In this document: positions 44,845 through 57,442 of the stretch, piece by piece
How positions within the stretch are numbered: position 1 is the first letter of the stretch
Layout of the letters: every line of letters starts with the position of its first letter
Assembly: GCA_026936335.1 (NCBI GenBank)
Contig: JAPMXV010000063.1
Span: 62,001 to 126,000, forward strand
Direction: 5' to 3'
DNA: 64,000 nt
From: Mantamonas sphyraenae STR306
Lineage: Eukaryota; Protista; CRuMs
Translations under genes and position numbers: made by a program
The notes under the pieces: model-generated
What the model saw: the letters and a program-made list of their open reading frames with translations, nothing else
Databases searched by the model: none
Told to the model about the DNA's origin: nothing

Positions 44845-46185
44845 TCAGGCGCTGAATCCAAGGGCAGACGCCACACGGCTCAGCGATGAACCAGACTTGT
44901 CTCCTTCCTGATCACTTGCTGTCTCGCTTCCGCCGGTTCCTTCATGCGTGTTTTCTCCCTCTGCCACACCCTCACCACCGCTGTTGCTCACCCCCTGGTC
45001 ATTCATGTGTGCATCCACCGCTTCGGCTTCCGCACGCGCCTCTGCCTCGGCGCTGGTGGTGTCTGTGAGCGACAAAAAGTCGTCCAGAGGCGGATTCGCA
45101 GGCGAAAAGTAGATTGTGGTGATAAACTTTTTCCGGTAGCGTTGGGTCTGACCAAACACAGCCACGTCCTCGCTGCTCTGCGAGTACGTGTACAGGTGGT
45201 TCAGCATGACGTGGTGGGGCACCGGCAACACACTCGGGTCGCTCTTGCTGGCCACCTCGCCGTCCAACACAGAGCGGAACAGGTGTGGTGGCAGGAAAGG
45301 AGGGTCTTTGGCATACAAGGGTGTCAACTGGCCCGACTGCGGCGTGCCGTCCACCCACAAGTCGGGAATCCGCTGCGACCAGCCTTCCTCGTCGTCTTCC
45401 TCCTCCTCCTGCGTCGCTGTGGACGACCCACCCGTCCACGCCTCACTCTCGCTGTAGAACTTTGACTCCACCTCCACGCTGTTGCTAATGTTTCCGCTTT
45501 CGTCCGACACTGTGTTCTGTTCGGGCGAATAACTCCAGTCGTCGTCCACAATGAACTTGTACCGATGTTCGCCCCTGCGTTCCAAAAAACCGCCCCACAC
45601 GCACAGAGAAACACACATGTGTGTCAGTGGCACGTCCTCACACACGCTTGTTCCCATTGCACGCCCCGTGTGTGTGTCTCCAAGCCACACTCCCGTCCAC
45701 GTACGGCGGCAGGTACAGAATCGTCGTAAAGTCGCTGCCGCTTTTGTTCAGCGGGATGCGGGATTGCCATCCGTTGAAACTGCCCGTCAAATATACATCC
45801 TGTCCTCCGTGTGGCCACGAGAACACCGTTGGATACAGCTCCTCTTCTGCGCGTGTGTGCCACCGTGTGTCGGTCCCAGCAGGTGTCAGCCCAAACTCAA
45901 CCCTTCGGTGCCCTTCCTTCCCTCTGAAAACCCGTCCGCTCCCTCTGCAGCGCTCCCACGCACACACAGTGCGCCTGAGCCAACCCCGTGGCCCTCCCAT
46001 CCACACATACGCTTGGGTGCCTCGCGTGCCGAGGCGCTCCGATGGCTGGTTTCCTCCTCCTCCTCCAGCAGCTCGTCCTCAAACTCGTCGACGATGGGCG
46101 ACATCAGGGGCGACCCAACCTCTCCCGACGAGACGATGTCGTCCTCCTCATCCGCCTCTTCAGGCTTGGAGCGTCCTGTTCCCAT
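44845..46185 (-). CDS. PRKAB: AMPK/SNF1 beta subunit (CBM48 plus ASC domain), 2 introns
   Basis: MG myristoylation-type start; PTVFSWPHGGQDVYLTGSFNGW, GEHRYKFIVD, PPFLPPHL, LPVPHHVMLNHLY, RYRKKFITTIYF. Confidence 0.93.
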
Positions 46186-46279
46186 CCTTCGTCCAGGGAG
46201 AGTTGGTGGTGATTTTGGTTTCGATGGCGGAGGCCGATTCAATTCTTCATGTGCACTGCACCCTCCCTTCTCTCCACGT

Positions 46280-47817
46280 TCACGACGCACACAACGCCTG
46301 CATAAAGTCGACTATGGCCATGGCACTCTTGAACCAAATGGAAGAGGCGTGGCTGTCTTCCGAGACAAAGTCAACCATGCGCGGGTTGCGATTGGGTGGG
46401 ATCACGTGCACGACGTACTGCACATGCTGCTCCGACGCAAGACTCGTCTCACTGGGCACTTCCACGGGATACACGCCTCCCGGTTCGCCTGCACGATGCA
46501 CCCGTTTGCTGAGTGCCGTCAGATCCACACGTGAGCCCAGTGCATCGTCCACCTCGCGCATCTCCGTGTACATCGCCCCCGCTGCCACCTTGAATCTCCA
46601 ATTCGATTCAAACAGCAGCGCACGACACGGATGCCCGCTGCTGTTCATCTCAGCCAAGGAAATGCCCGTCAGCACGCGCATCACCCTTTGTGTGGCCTCT
46701 GGGGCATCTTCCACGTTCCGCCTCCACACCTCGGCCTCCTTCTCGTTGTCACACACCACGTACAGGCGAGCATCGGCGTGCAACAGGCCCTCGTTCCCAT
46801 CCAGTCTGTCTCCCAACGCACGCAGCAACCCGGCGCTGATTAGGTTCACATCCAACGCACGACCGCCTTCGTCCGTGCCCATGCTTCCCATGGCCATGCT
46901 GTGAGCTCCCAACTGATGTCCGTACGCTTCCAGTGTGTATACTTGCTTGTGTATCTTTCTGTTGGTGTTGCTGCTGGACGACGACGACGACGACGACGTG
47001 GTGGTCGTCGTCGTCGTCGTCGTTGCTGTTGTTGTTCCACTCGTTTCCTTCTGCTCGTCCTCATTCTTGTCCTCGTTCACATCCACATCCATCACCTTCT
47101 GCGCTGCTGTAGACACTGTCTCTTTTCCCTTGTCCTGCGACTCCTTGGTCTCCACCTGCTCCGTGCGTGCCTGGTGGTCGTCCCGGCGGTCGGCGTCTTT
47201 GCCCGCCGCTTTGTTGTCGTCCAGGTGCGCGTGTCGATATTTGGCAAAGTGGGCAGGATTCTTGCGGAAACAATCCCTGCCATACTTGCACTCGGGTCGT
47301 GTGTCTGTACCGCTGCTTGCCACCACGCGTTGTCGTTTGGCATCACTTCCCTTGTCGTCGTCGTTGGCGTCGCCTCGAGCACGCTTTCCGGCTGTCCGGT
47401 TGATGGGATCGTCCTCAAACTCCAGGTAGAGATGGTATTTGTGCAAATGGGCCACGAGACTGAAGCTGTTGCCGTGTTCCAGAGTCACACACTCGCCGTT
47501 GGGAAGCTGCTTGGGCGGCTGACCAAACTTGTGCACGTACATCGCGTTCAACCCAAGCATCTTGACGTGCACCGCCGTGCTCTCCGGTTCCAACACAAGC
47601 AACGCCTGTTTACGACTGCACTTCTGGTTGTCTACATTCAACGGCGGCCCACGCCCCAGGTACACCTGGCCGGGACCCTCCAACACCTTGATCTTCTGGT
47701 CCAACCCCTGGTGCCTCGCCACAAGATACACAGCCTTCACCGCCGGGTTCCCCGGCCCTGCTTTGTACTGTGATGATGCACCCCCCTCAATGCTCGCCGT
47801 TCCCTGAGCTCCGGAAC

Positions 47818-47861
<44 letters not shown>

Positions 47862-47869
47862 CCACTCAT
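46280..47869 (-). CDS. FHA + PBZ zinc finger + macro-like domain protein (APLF/aprataxin-related)
   Basis: FHA: LGRGP.LNVDNQKCSRKQ...LGLN. PBZ: CKYGRDCFRKNPAHFAKYRH. Macro-like: SNWRFKVAAG...PGGVYPV...YVVHVIPPNRNP. Confidence 0.8.
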
Positions 47870-49782
47870 CCTCGTGTGCGGCGATGCATTGGTCCGCCGC
47901 GCGCTTTCCTGTCAGGATCGCTGTGGCAACTGTGTTTGCCAGCTGTTCACTTGCATAGTCGCCTGCCAGTTGCAAGTCCCCCTGCCATTGTGGCTGCTCA
48001 AATGCGGCTCGATGTCGTAGCATGCCCACACACGGCATGCGGTACCCAAAGTGCCACACAGCCACGTGTGAGTCCAGCACCTGTGCGTGCAATTGTGTCG
48101 CGTCGCTCGTCTCTCCTCCCAAGTCAGCCAACTGCGCCACAAACTGGTCCACCAACCAGGAATCCTCTTTCCCGGCCTCCAGCAGCTCCTGTAGGCCACG
48201 CCCATTGACAAACCCCACCGCAAGGTGCATGCTACGTGCCTCTCCTTCTTTGCTGTACTCCACACTGTTGAACCACAGCTGCTGGGCAAACCCCATCGGG
48301 TCCAACACCTCGGGAAAATTGCGCGTGTTGACCCCCTTGTCCGCCGTCGCTGCGTCCAGCCACTCCATCCAAACCGGTGCATCCAAAGCCACCATCACCT
48401 TACACGCAGGATGCAGCGTAGGATGAGCATATGCCTCCCGCAATGCTTCGTCTAGCGGTGGGTCAAACTCAATTGCCTCCCGTTGCATGGTCGCCATGTC
48501 AACAGCCAACACCATTGCGTCGCCCGTCACTTCAATACCCGATTCGAGCTCTTCTCCTTCACCGCCCCCGCCCCCACTGTACACATGCACACGCGGACCG
48601 ACGGCGTCTTCCCCCTCGCGACGACGCACCACACGCTGCACACGCATCCCTGTGCACACCTGCACACGCTGAGCACACACTTGCTCCAGTTTGATGTGGT
48701 AATGGTGCAGCAGCGACAGGTACGAAGCACCCAACCGCAGTTCTTCCGTGCCATAATCCCAATTGTTCTCCAACATTGCCAGCTCCGCCATGCCCAACTC
48801 ATCAATGGTGCCACACTCTTCCACCCGCAAACTTGGCTTGCGCATAATGCCACCCAAACGACCCCTCTTCCAGTCCCTCCTTGCGCAACACCTCGGCAAA
48901 CGTCGTGTCCGGCACATTGTCCTCTCCCGCATCGCTCAAATCCATCATGCGGTGGAACAGCGTGTGCACTTGGTCCATGTGCCCATCCACCAGCTTGTCC
49001 AGCTGTTCGGCGGTGCCCAGCTTGCCATCTACGTGCACCAGCATCCACTTGTCCTCCTCCACCCCTTCCTCCTCACCCAACTCGCTCAAACAGTCCATTT
49101 GCCATCCCTGCTTGACGGCCAGCTCATATGTGGGTGTGTTTTTGCCGTGGATAAACTCGGCCCCGAGATCCACAGGCCATTCCAAGCCGTGCCACACTCG
49201 AATCCGTCCCCCGAGCCTTTCCGCCCCTTCAAGCAGCGTCACACGCACTCCAGACTCGGCCAGACGCACACACGCCTCCATGCCGGCTGTGCCCCCACCC
49301 ACCACCACCACATGTGCACTCTCGGATTCTGCCAACGACGGCAGCGGCGTCATGCTCGGCGGCAGCGTCCGAGCTAACCTGAACGGTGCCACCACACAGT
49401 CATCCAAACACGCAGGCAGAAGCACAGTGCACCTCGACGTCGTCTCTTCCACAGCCGCTGCCACTTTGCGCAGCGCTGACATCGGCACACACGCGGGCCC
49501 TCCTCGTGAATGCCACTCGGCGCGAAGCAGCAGTGCGTGCACTCCAGCGTCGTCCTGCACACATGGCCATTCCAACACACGCAGCGCACATGCGTCGTAC
49601 CACACACTTGCATCCAGTCCACACTCCCGCACCGCTCTGGACGTCACAAACACCCTCCCATACTCTCCCTGCGCCTCACGCAGCATTGTCAACGCGTCCT
49701 CCTCGCTGCTGCATCCACCTAACGACTCTACAAGCACGGCGTCTGCGTCTTCCAGGGGCACCCAGCAGCCTGTATTGCTCAT
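47787..49782 (-). CDS. Flavin-containing amine oxidase family protein with N-terminal extension; apparent frameshift at about 48825
   Basis: VVVVGGGTAG...LLEGAERLGGRI...DLGAEFIHG in ORF 48802-49782; IEFDPPL, LQLAGDY...TAILTGKRAA in ORF 47787-48932. Confidence 0.85.
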
Positions 49783-49874
49783 GTGGCCCTAGAAAAACCT
49801 CGGTGGGTCTGGCAGCTCGTTGTCGTGGCTCCCCTGTCGCCATTCTGCAAGAAAGCATGCGATGATTGGACACA

Positions 49875-51499
49875 TGACACGATGCAACACTGTGCGCGCA
49901 GCTTCATTCACAAACACAAACTCCACCACGTCGCTTGCAGCTTCTTGTCTGCACCGTGTTGCCGGGTTGCGATGTTTGGTCGTTCACCGTCGTCGTTGGT
50001 TCGTTGGTTCGTTGGTTGCAGCTTCCAAAACACACGCGACGTCACACTCATCCACGAGGTGCCCCGCTTCATAGCGCCCGCCCGTGTGTTTCTTCGTCTG
50101 CTACCGAAACGCAACGCACTTACTGGGTGATCTCAAACACAGCCTGGGCGGTGCTCAGCACAGCGCTGTGCGGGTGCTTGCTGCCGCACTCACCGTAGCA
50201 GATGGCCACATCCACCTTGTACTGTCCCGGGTTGAAAGGCTCGTCCTCGGACGGCTTGGCCTGCAGCTGGAAGCCGCTGCGGTAGTTGCCCACCTTCAGG
50301 CCCTCGTTCAGGGTAGCGTCGCCAAACGGCATGCCGGGGGGAGGCGGCACCACAGAGATGGCAATCTCGCCAGTTCCCGTGGGCTTGGTCACCTGGAACT
50401 CCAGAGCAAAGTCGAAAGTGGCGCCCTGCTGGCCCTGCTTGGGCGACACGGCAAACTCGGTGATGTTGGCAGCACCGCCATCCAGGATGGGGCACACCTT
50501 CAGCTCCTCGCACATGTAGATCGGGTCGATGTCGGCCTTCTCGATCAGAGCAATGAACTCCTTGATGCCGACGTAGTCGCACAGCAGGTCGCACACGGTA
50601 GCCTCGATCTTCTGCGGCAGCTTGCTGCACAGGTCGCCGCAGCCGCCGATCACACCGGCGTTCAGGATGATGTTGAGCAGCTGGTCAATGGCCTGGCTCA
50701 GGAAGGACACCTGTGGTTCCCCATCATTCCATGTGTCCGTCCATCTTCCGTGTCAGTCTTCTCTTTCCTCCACAATGTGCCTCGTCGCCTGGAAATGCAG
50801 AAAAAAGCTCGCGCCCTCTCCCAACACCCACAGCCCCGTCACAACACGTCCAGCACCCTCCATCATCCCACACATCCTGCACATGCACGCTCTGTCCACA
50901 CTATGCCATCCTCCACACATCCTCATCTGGGTCCAAACACCTCTTTGTGTTCCCCCTTGTTTGTCTGCTGCCGTTGCTCAACGCCGCGGAAATCCACGCG
51001 CTTTTTTCTGGCTTCCCCCAAACGCACACCCCACACCCCACCCACACCCCACACATGCACACACACACCACCATCCCCTGCACACACGTCTCTGCCACCC
51101 ATGCACTGCCTTTTCACACCCCCTCTGTGTCTCGCTTGCACACACTCGCTCGCAAAACACCGCAAAGCCAAAGGGCAAAAAAAGAGAGGGGCGCGACGCC
51201 GCCGAAAACGTACACACACGGGGCACAGCTTCTCATCACCGCCGATCTGCTTGGCAGACTCGTCCTGGATGGACAGCTTGGACAGGGTCATGGCGCTCGT
51301 AGGCGACAGGATCAGAAACAGAGCAATAGCAATGAAGGCAGTCTTCATGGTTGTTGGTCTTGTTGGTTCGCCAGGCGCATCCAGGGACATGGTGATGCAA
51401 GGATGACACACACACACACACACTCACGAACACACATGGTGGGACACACACACACATTGCACCCACTGCACACTGCTTGATCAGTTCCTCCTTTCACCC
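49875..51499 (-). repeat. Left arm of 1.6-kb inverted segmental duplication
   Basis: Near-identical reverse complement of 58901-60519. Confidence 0.93.
50120..51348 (-). CDS. Secreted countin-like saposin-B protein, copy 1 (1 intron)
   Basis: Signal peptide MKTAFIAIALFLIL; LCPVC|VSFLSQAIDQLLNIILNAGVIGGCGDLCSKL...CDLLCDYVGI...DPIYMCEELKVC; ICYGECGSKHPHS. Confidence 0.85.
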
Positions 51500-51584
51500 C
51501 TGTTGCCGTGTGAGCGCGGCTTGACACAGCAAAACAACACGCTCACACGCACACATCCGGTCATCACACGCACGCTTCCTTGGC

Positions 51585-52147
51585 ATGGCATCACAAAGTG
51601 GCATGCACCAGGCACTGGACGGTAAGGAAGCGCGTGGAGAAGCACGTCGAGGTGCTGGCTCGCCCTGACGTGTGGCGGCAAGCCGATCTCACTGATCACT
51701 CGGCACCAAACTGATGTCCACGCCGTCACTCCACACACACATACAGAGCTTCAGGAGGCAGTGGAAGATCTCAAGGCGCAGGTGGTGCGGTTTGAGGAGA
51801 ATTGCGCACGCATGCAGGCATACCAAGAGGCCGAACTTGCGGTGTGCGAGGTGTGGGTGAGTTTTTGCACGCGTGTAGCACGAGGGAGGATCATCCAACG
51901 ACGCCGTGGCGAGCACACACGTACACATGAAGCATGTCACATAGCATTGACACCACCCACGTCCATGTGCACACAGTATACATGGATGAAAAACAGCGAA
52001 ACGGCGCTGGCAAACCAGGTGGAGGCCGAAGAGGAGGGCGAGGGACACATGAGACACACAAGCATTGCGCTGCAACAATCATCACTACAAAGGCAACAAG
52101 ACGACATGGCGGCAAAGGAAGCAGCAAACATGATTGTGGAAGAATGA
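51585..52147 (+). CDS. Small coiled-coil protein of unknown function (2 introns)
   Basis: MASQSGMHQALD|gtaagg...cag|ELQEAVEDLKAQVVRFEENC...|YTWMKNSE...; canonical splice sites. Confidence 0.5.
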
Positions 52148-52171
52148 AAGTAGTTTTCGTTGTTCAGTTTC

Positions 52172-53474
52172 TCACAGTTGCCTGCCGGCAATGGTGCTCA
52201 GGATATTGTACACAGTTTTCATCTGCGGGCCATCGTGGCAGGAGTAGAGGGGACCGGTGTATCCCCACCAATCCCAGCATCCCTTGGGGTTCAACGAGTT
52301 CTTGGAGGCCTGCGGGTAGACGACGATGATGTTGTTGCTCTCCGCCCACTTGTTGTAGCCGGCGTGCACCACATACGTGTCCTGCACGTCCTGCATCTCC
52401 TGTTCGCAGCCGTGGAAGGCCACGTGGAGCTTGCACACGGCCTGCTGGCTCCAGCAGGCGGTGGGCACGTACACAAAGCCCTGCTTGGACAGGCCAACGC
52501 TGCTGCTCAGGTGCAGCGGCACAAACTCGGTCTGGTCAAACATAAACATGTTGGACAGGTTGTTGGGCAGATTCACGGGTGCGTTCAGTTGGCCGTTGTA
52601 GATGTGTTGCAGCAGCGCACCGGCGCCGTCGTAGCCGCAGTTCTGGATGAACGGCGAACCAAACGTGCTGCACGCGTTGCCATAGTCATTCGTCACCATG
52701 CCGTGTGCCGCACTGATGTTGAACACCGTTTGGATGTTGGCGTCGTTCACGTACTGGCTGTAGTACGTGTACAGCTTGTGCATCACTCCCGGATGCACCA
52801 CGTCGTCCGCAGTGCCCGAGAACAGGTACACGCGGTCGTTCTGCAAAAACTTCAGCGGGTCAATGTTGGTGATGGCCTCCGCCGATTCCGTGATGCCATA
52901 CAGTGTCGTCACTGTGGGTGTGTACCGCGTGTGTGGGGCGCCCCGACCCGCGCGAGTGTGAGATGCGGCAAAAGTCAACCTTTAAAAAAACGCCCCTAAG
53001 CCGCGCCTCCGTTTCCCACGCCCCCACAGCCTCAACCTACGCGAAATAAGGTCCGGGTCCTTCATGCATTGGTGCAGTGCAAACTCTACATTGTTCATGG
53101 CGCCTGCGTGTGTGTGTGCGATCGCTCGTGTCAGCGTACGGGACGTGTCTTTTTGTCTCGGCGGGCAATGCGTGAATTGCCTTTCTTCGCGCAAAGACGT
53201 TCTCGGCCCGCGCCAAGGGGCCAACCAACTCACATTCCCACGGCCCGCCTGCAAAGATGCCTGCGCCAATCACGTGGTTCGAGTACGCAATATGATACTG
53301 GACTGCCATGTAGCCGCCGGAGGAGATTCCCGACACAGAGATGTTGGTGGCGTCCACTTGGAGGTTCATCGACTTCAAATCGACCGTTTTGTACGGGTAC
53401 GTGTGCGCCTGGACACACACAACCGCGCATGCCAGCGCAACAAAGACAGTGAGGAGGGTTCTTGACGCACTCAT
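52172..53474 (-). CDS. Secreted poly(3-hydroxybutyrate) depolymerase-like esterase (spliced)
   Basis: Signal peptide; SVSGISSGGYMA lipase box, FSGTADDVV, CKLHVAFHGC, GYNKWAESNNIIVVYPQ, NPKGCWDWWGY. Confidence 0.88.
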
Positions 53475-53602
53475 TGGAACAGTGCGTTTGTGTGGTATTC
53501 CCCCCGCGCGCACGCATCCAGTGCAACACCAACAGGGAGAAAGTCACCGTCAGGGAGCCGCGCACCAACACACACACACGACGTCCCCTCTCGAGAGACA
53601 CA

Positions 53603-55131
53603 ATGTCCAACAAGACGGCGTCGACGGCGATCTCTGTGCACGGCACGGATCCGCAAAACCTGGTGGAAAAGATCCTGCGGGAGAAGATCCGCGAATCGAT
53701 GTATTGGAACGAGGAATGCTTTGGACTGAATGCAGAGACGCTGATGGAAAAGGCAGTGGAGTTGGATAGCTACGGTGGTACGGTGGGAGGGTGGAAGAAA
53801 CCCACACACTTCATCTGCCTCGTGCTCAAAATGCTGCAGATCCAACCAGACATGGATATTGTCATGACATACATCCGCCAAGATCAATTCAAGTGAGTTG
53901 GGCCTGTGGACCTGTGAACGTGTGTGTGAGGCGGCAGGAGCGCGCAAAACGGAAGATGAGCTGACACATTTCGCGCGGCCTGCCAAAAATCGGTGCCGTG
54001 CAAAGGTACCTGCGTGTGTTGGGCGCGTTTTACCTGCGTCTGGTGGGCAAACCGGTGCAAATCTACACAGAACTGGAGGCGCTGTACAGTGACTACCGCA
54101 AGATCCGGCGCAAGACGGACAGCAGCTATGTGGTCAGTCACGTGGACGAGTTTGTGGACGAATTGCTGCGAGAGGAGTACGTGTGCGACATCACGTTGCC
54201 ACGACTCAAGAAACGGCACTTTCTGGAAGAGGCAGGGCAGTTGCAACCACGTGCCAGTGTCCTCCAGGGTGAGCTGGAGGCTGCCTTGCTGAAAGAGAAG
54301 GAAGAACAGCTGCTTGCAGAGATGAATGTGGCTGCCACCGAGGATATTGGCGATGGCAGTGGAAGTGGAGCCCAAAGTGACGCCGAATCGGATTCTGGTT
54401 CGGTGAGCAGCCGCAGCAGCCGTGGCAGTGGCAGTGGCCAAAGCGACGAGGACCGTCATCGACGACGACGACGACACAGCCACAGGCGACGTCACCGCAG
54501 TGGCAGTCGCAGCCGTAGTGGGAGCAGAGATGGACGGGATGGAGAGGACAAAGACGATGACGGCAGCCGTCGACACAAACACAGACACGGTCATCGACGT
54601 CGTCACAGGCATCGCTCTCCCTCGTCCGGTTCGCGTCGTAGTCGCAGCCGCGAGGACAGAGACAGAGACAGAGACAGGGAACGCAGCCATCGTCACCATC
54701 ATCATCGTCATCGCCACCGCAAACGGTCGCGTTCGCCGTCGTCGCGCTCCCGTTCGCCGTCGCGACGACACCACCGTTCGCGTTCACCACGCGACCACAA
54801 GCGATCACGACACGAGGACAGCGACTCTAGGAGCAGCCGGGCAAGCGACAGGGAGCATCATCATCGTCATCATGATCACCACAGCAGCAGCAGCGGTAGT
54901 AGTAGCAGCAGCTCGAAGAAGAAGAGCGGGGGATGGAAGGGGATGAAGAAACAGGGCGGTGGGAACGGTGGACGTGGAGGCGGAGGGAGCAGCAGTGGGA
55001 ACACAGGGCCTCGTATCGACCCACGCACGGGGAAAAAGGTGTGGAGTCGTCACAATCCGGAGGTGCAAGAGGCGCAAGCCATGCGCAAGAAGCTGGGCAT
55101 CCGCTTGCTTGGCGAACAGAGTCGCCAATGA
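53603..55131 (+). CDS. PRPF38A: Pre-mRNA splicing factor Prp38A with RS/RH-rich tail (1 intron)
   Basis: HGTDPQNLVEKILR.KI.ES.YW.EECFGL, FICLVLKMLQIQP, KYLRVLGAFYLRL, DYRKIR, HVDEFVDELLREE. Confidence 0.95.
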
Positions 55132-55171
55132 ACATCCAATGCAAAACACACACACACACACACATTCATTC

Positions 55172-57219
55172 TCAGAACCCGCTGGGTTTGCCCTCGCCAG
55201 CGCCGCGGGTGTCGCAGGCACCGCCAAGAGTACCGTTCTGAGGGAAGCGAGAGATGCTCTGGACGACGCCGAGGTGGCCAACTTCCTCCACGATGTGTCC
55301 GCGTGCAGTGAGAAAGTCGCGGAGGCTGGTGGGTGTCTCTGCTTCGACGTACAGCTTGTCCGGGCTGAACTGGTGGTGCACACGATAGTGCTTGAGGGCC
55401 TCGTCGGCCTCCATGCCAAAGCTGATCTGGTTGAGCAGCGACTGGAGGGTGCTGGTGATGATGCGTGTGCCTCCAGCAGCACCCACCACGAGACGCACGT
55501 CGCCGTCGCGCACGACAATCGTGGGCGACATGGAACTCAGGGGCCGCTTGCCCGGTTCGATAAAGTTTGCGGGCGATGGGGGCACACCAAACGCATTGAC
55601 AAGGCCCGGGGTGGAAAAGTCGTCCATCTCGTCGTTGAGGAGGACGCCGGTCTGGGGTGAAACAAAGGTGCTGCCAAAGTACAGGTTGATGGTGGATGTG
55701 AAGGAGATGGCGTTGCGATCCTCGTCGATGACACTGATGTGTGTGGTGCCGTGGTCCTCCAGAGGGATAAACTCCTTGTCGTTGTAGTACTCGGGAGGAA
55801 ACGTGCGCGAGTCGTCGATGTGCTGGCGAATCCAGCTGGCAAAGCCCTTGTCCATGAGTTTGTCCATCAGGTGGGTGATATTCACAAAGTTGGGGTCGCC
55901 CAGTTCCATGCGCATTGCATACGCCCACTTCATCGACTCCACCAGCCGGTGGTAGTACAGCGGCGTGATCCCCGACCGTTCCAGGTCGTAGCGCTCCAAA
56001 ACGTTGAGCATGTTGAGGATGAGCACGCCACCGGACGACGGCGGCGGGCCCGTGAGCACCTCCAAGCCGTGGTAGAAACCACGCAATGGCTTCATCCACT
56101 GCACGCGGTAGTTCAGCATGTCTGTGTGGTTGATACCACCGCCGGCCGCCTGGATGTCCTGTGCGATGCGTTGGCCAATGATGCCGCTGTAAAACACATC
56201 GGCGCCGTTGGTGGCAATCGACTGCAGTGTTTGGCCCAGTTTGGTGTTGACACAGGTGTCACCCACCTTGAGGGGCACTCCACCCGGAGCATACACTGCA
56301 CGCAGGTCTGGCGATGCGAGCACGTCGGTGAGCTTGTAAGCAATCACGTCCTGGAGATGTTTGTGCACAGGGAAGCCGTTCAGAGCCAGGTTGGCTGCAG
56401 GCGTCACCACAGACGACCAAGCGATTTTGCCGTAGCGCTGCCAAACCTCGTACATGCCCTTCACTTCACCCGGCACCGCTACCGAGCGCGGGCCATGCGA
56501 TGCGTCTCGAGTGCGGTTCACAAACATGTTCTGCGACGAGTTCATGGGCGCGGTCTCGCGGAAGTTGACAAAGTGCCGTGTGCCATTGGCAAGGCGCAGC
56601 AGAAAGAAGCCTCCGCCACCAATCTGCGGTCACCACGAGCGTGTACAGTGTCAGCGTGTGCAAGGCACCCACACAGGTTGGAGGCAAGGGCCACGGTGTG
56701 AATTTGCGCTGGTCTCATTCTCTCTGTGTGTGGCATGCAACCTACACCACTGGAGTACGGATTCACAACACCGATGCACAGCGCCGCGGCAACACCGGCG
56801 TCGATGGCGTTGCCTCCGTCTTTCATGAGCTGGGAGGCAATGTTGGAGCAGATGGGATTGTCGCTGGCGACGGCGGCCTTGGCAGGATTGAACATGGGGG
56901 GAACGGAGGGCTCGGGATTGGGCACGGGTTTCACGGGGTTCACGGGCTTGGCGTCGAGCACGGCAGCAAGGATGACGAAAATGAGGATGGCCAGGAAAAT
57001 GGCCACAAAGCCGCCACGCTCACGAGGAGACATATCTTGGATGCAGCCCATGCGGTGGCGGAAGCGGGACTGGAGCGAGGAGGAAGTGGAAGTGGAGGAC
57101 TTTCCGGCCCCGGTGCCGGCCCCAGGGGTCTCCACATCGATGTCGTGCATGTGGACGTCGTCGTCGTCGTCGTCGCGATGGTCGTGCTGGTTGTCCACGA
57201 GACGCACGGCGTCCGACAT
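55172..57219 (-). CDS. GGT: Gamma-glutamyltranspeptidase, type II membrane (1 intron)
   Basis: N-terminal TM; GGNAIDA...SSG|IGGGGF, NFRETAP, SVAVPGE, GTTHISVID (catalytic Thr), LNDEMDDF, PGKRPLSSMSP. Confidence 0.95.
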
Positions 57220-57442
57220 GGTGACCGACGCGGTGGAAAAGGGTGGTTGAAAGGGTTGGCTCGAACGGCGTCGACAACATGGACCCACACAACGCATGGC
57301 TTTGCGCATGAATGGCGTGTTTGGTGTTGCGTTCGGTGGGTTCTCGATGTGTGGCGTGGTGGTGTGGTAGATGTGCAAGGGAATCAGAGACAGAATGCTG
57401 GGCAAGGATCTGCGATGGCAGCGCCACTCTGAAGTTGGCAAG

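Noticed and set aside
51585-52147. DASH/Dam1 kinetochore subunit identity for the small coiled-coil gene
   Set aside because: Size and helical pattern fit loosely but no diagnostic motif could be matched.
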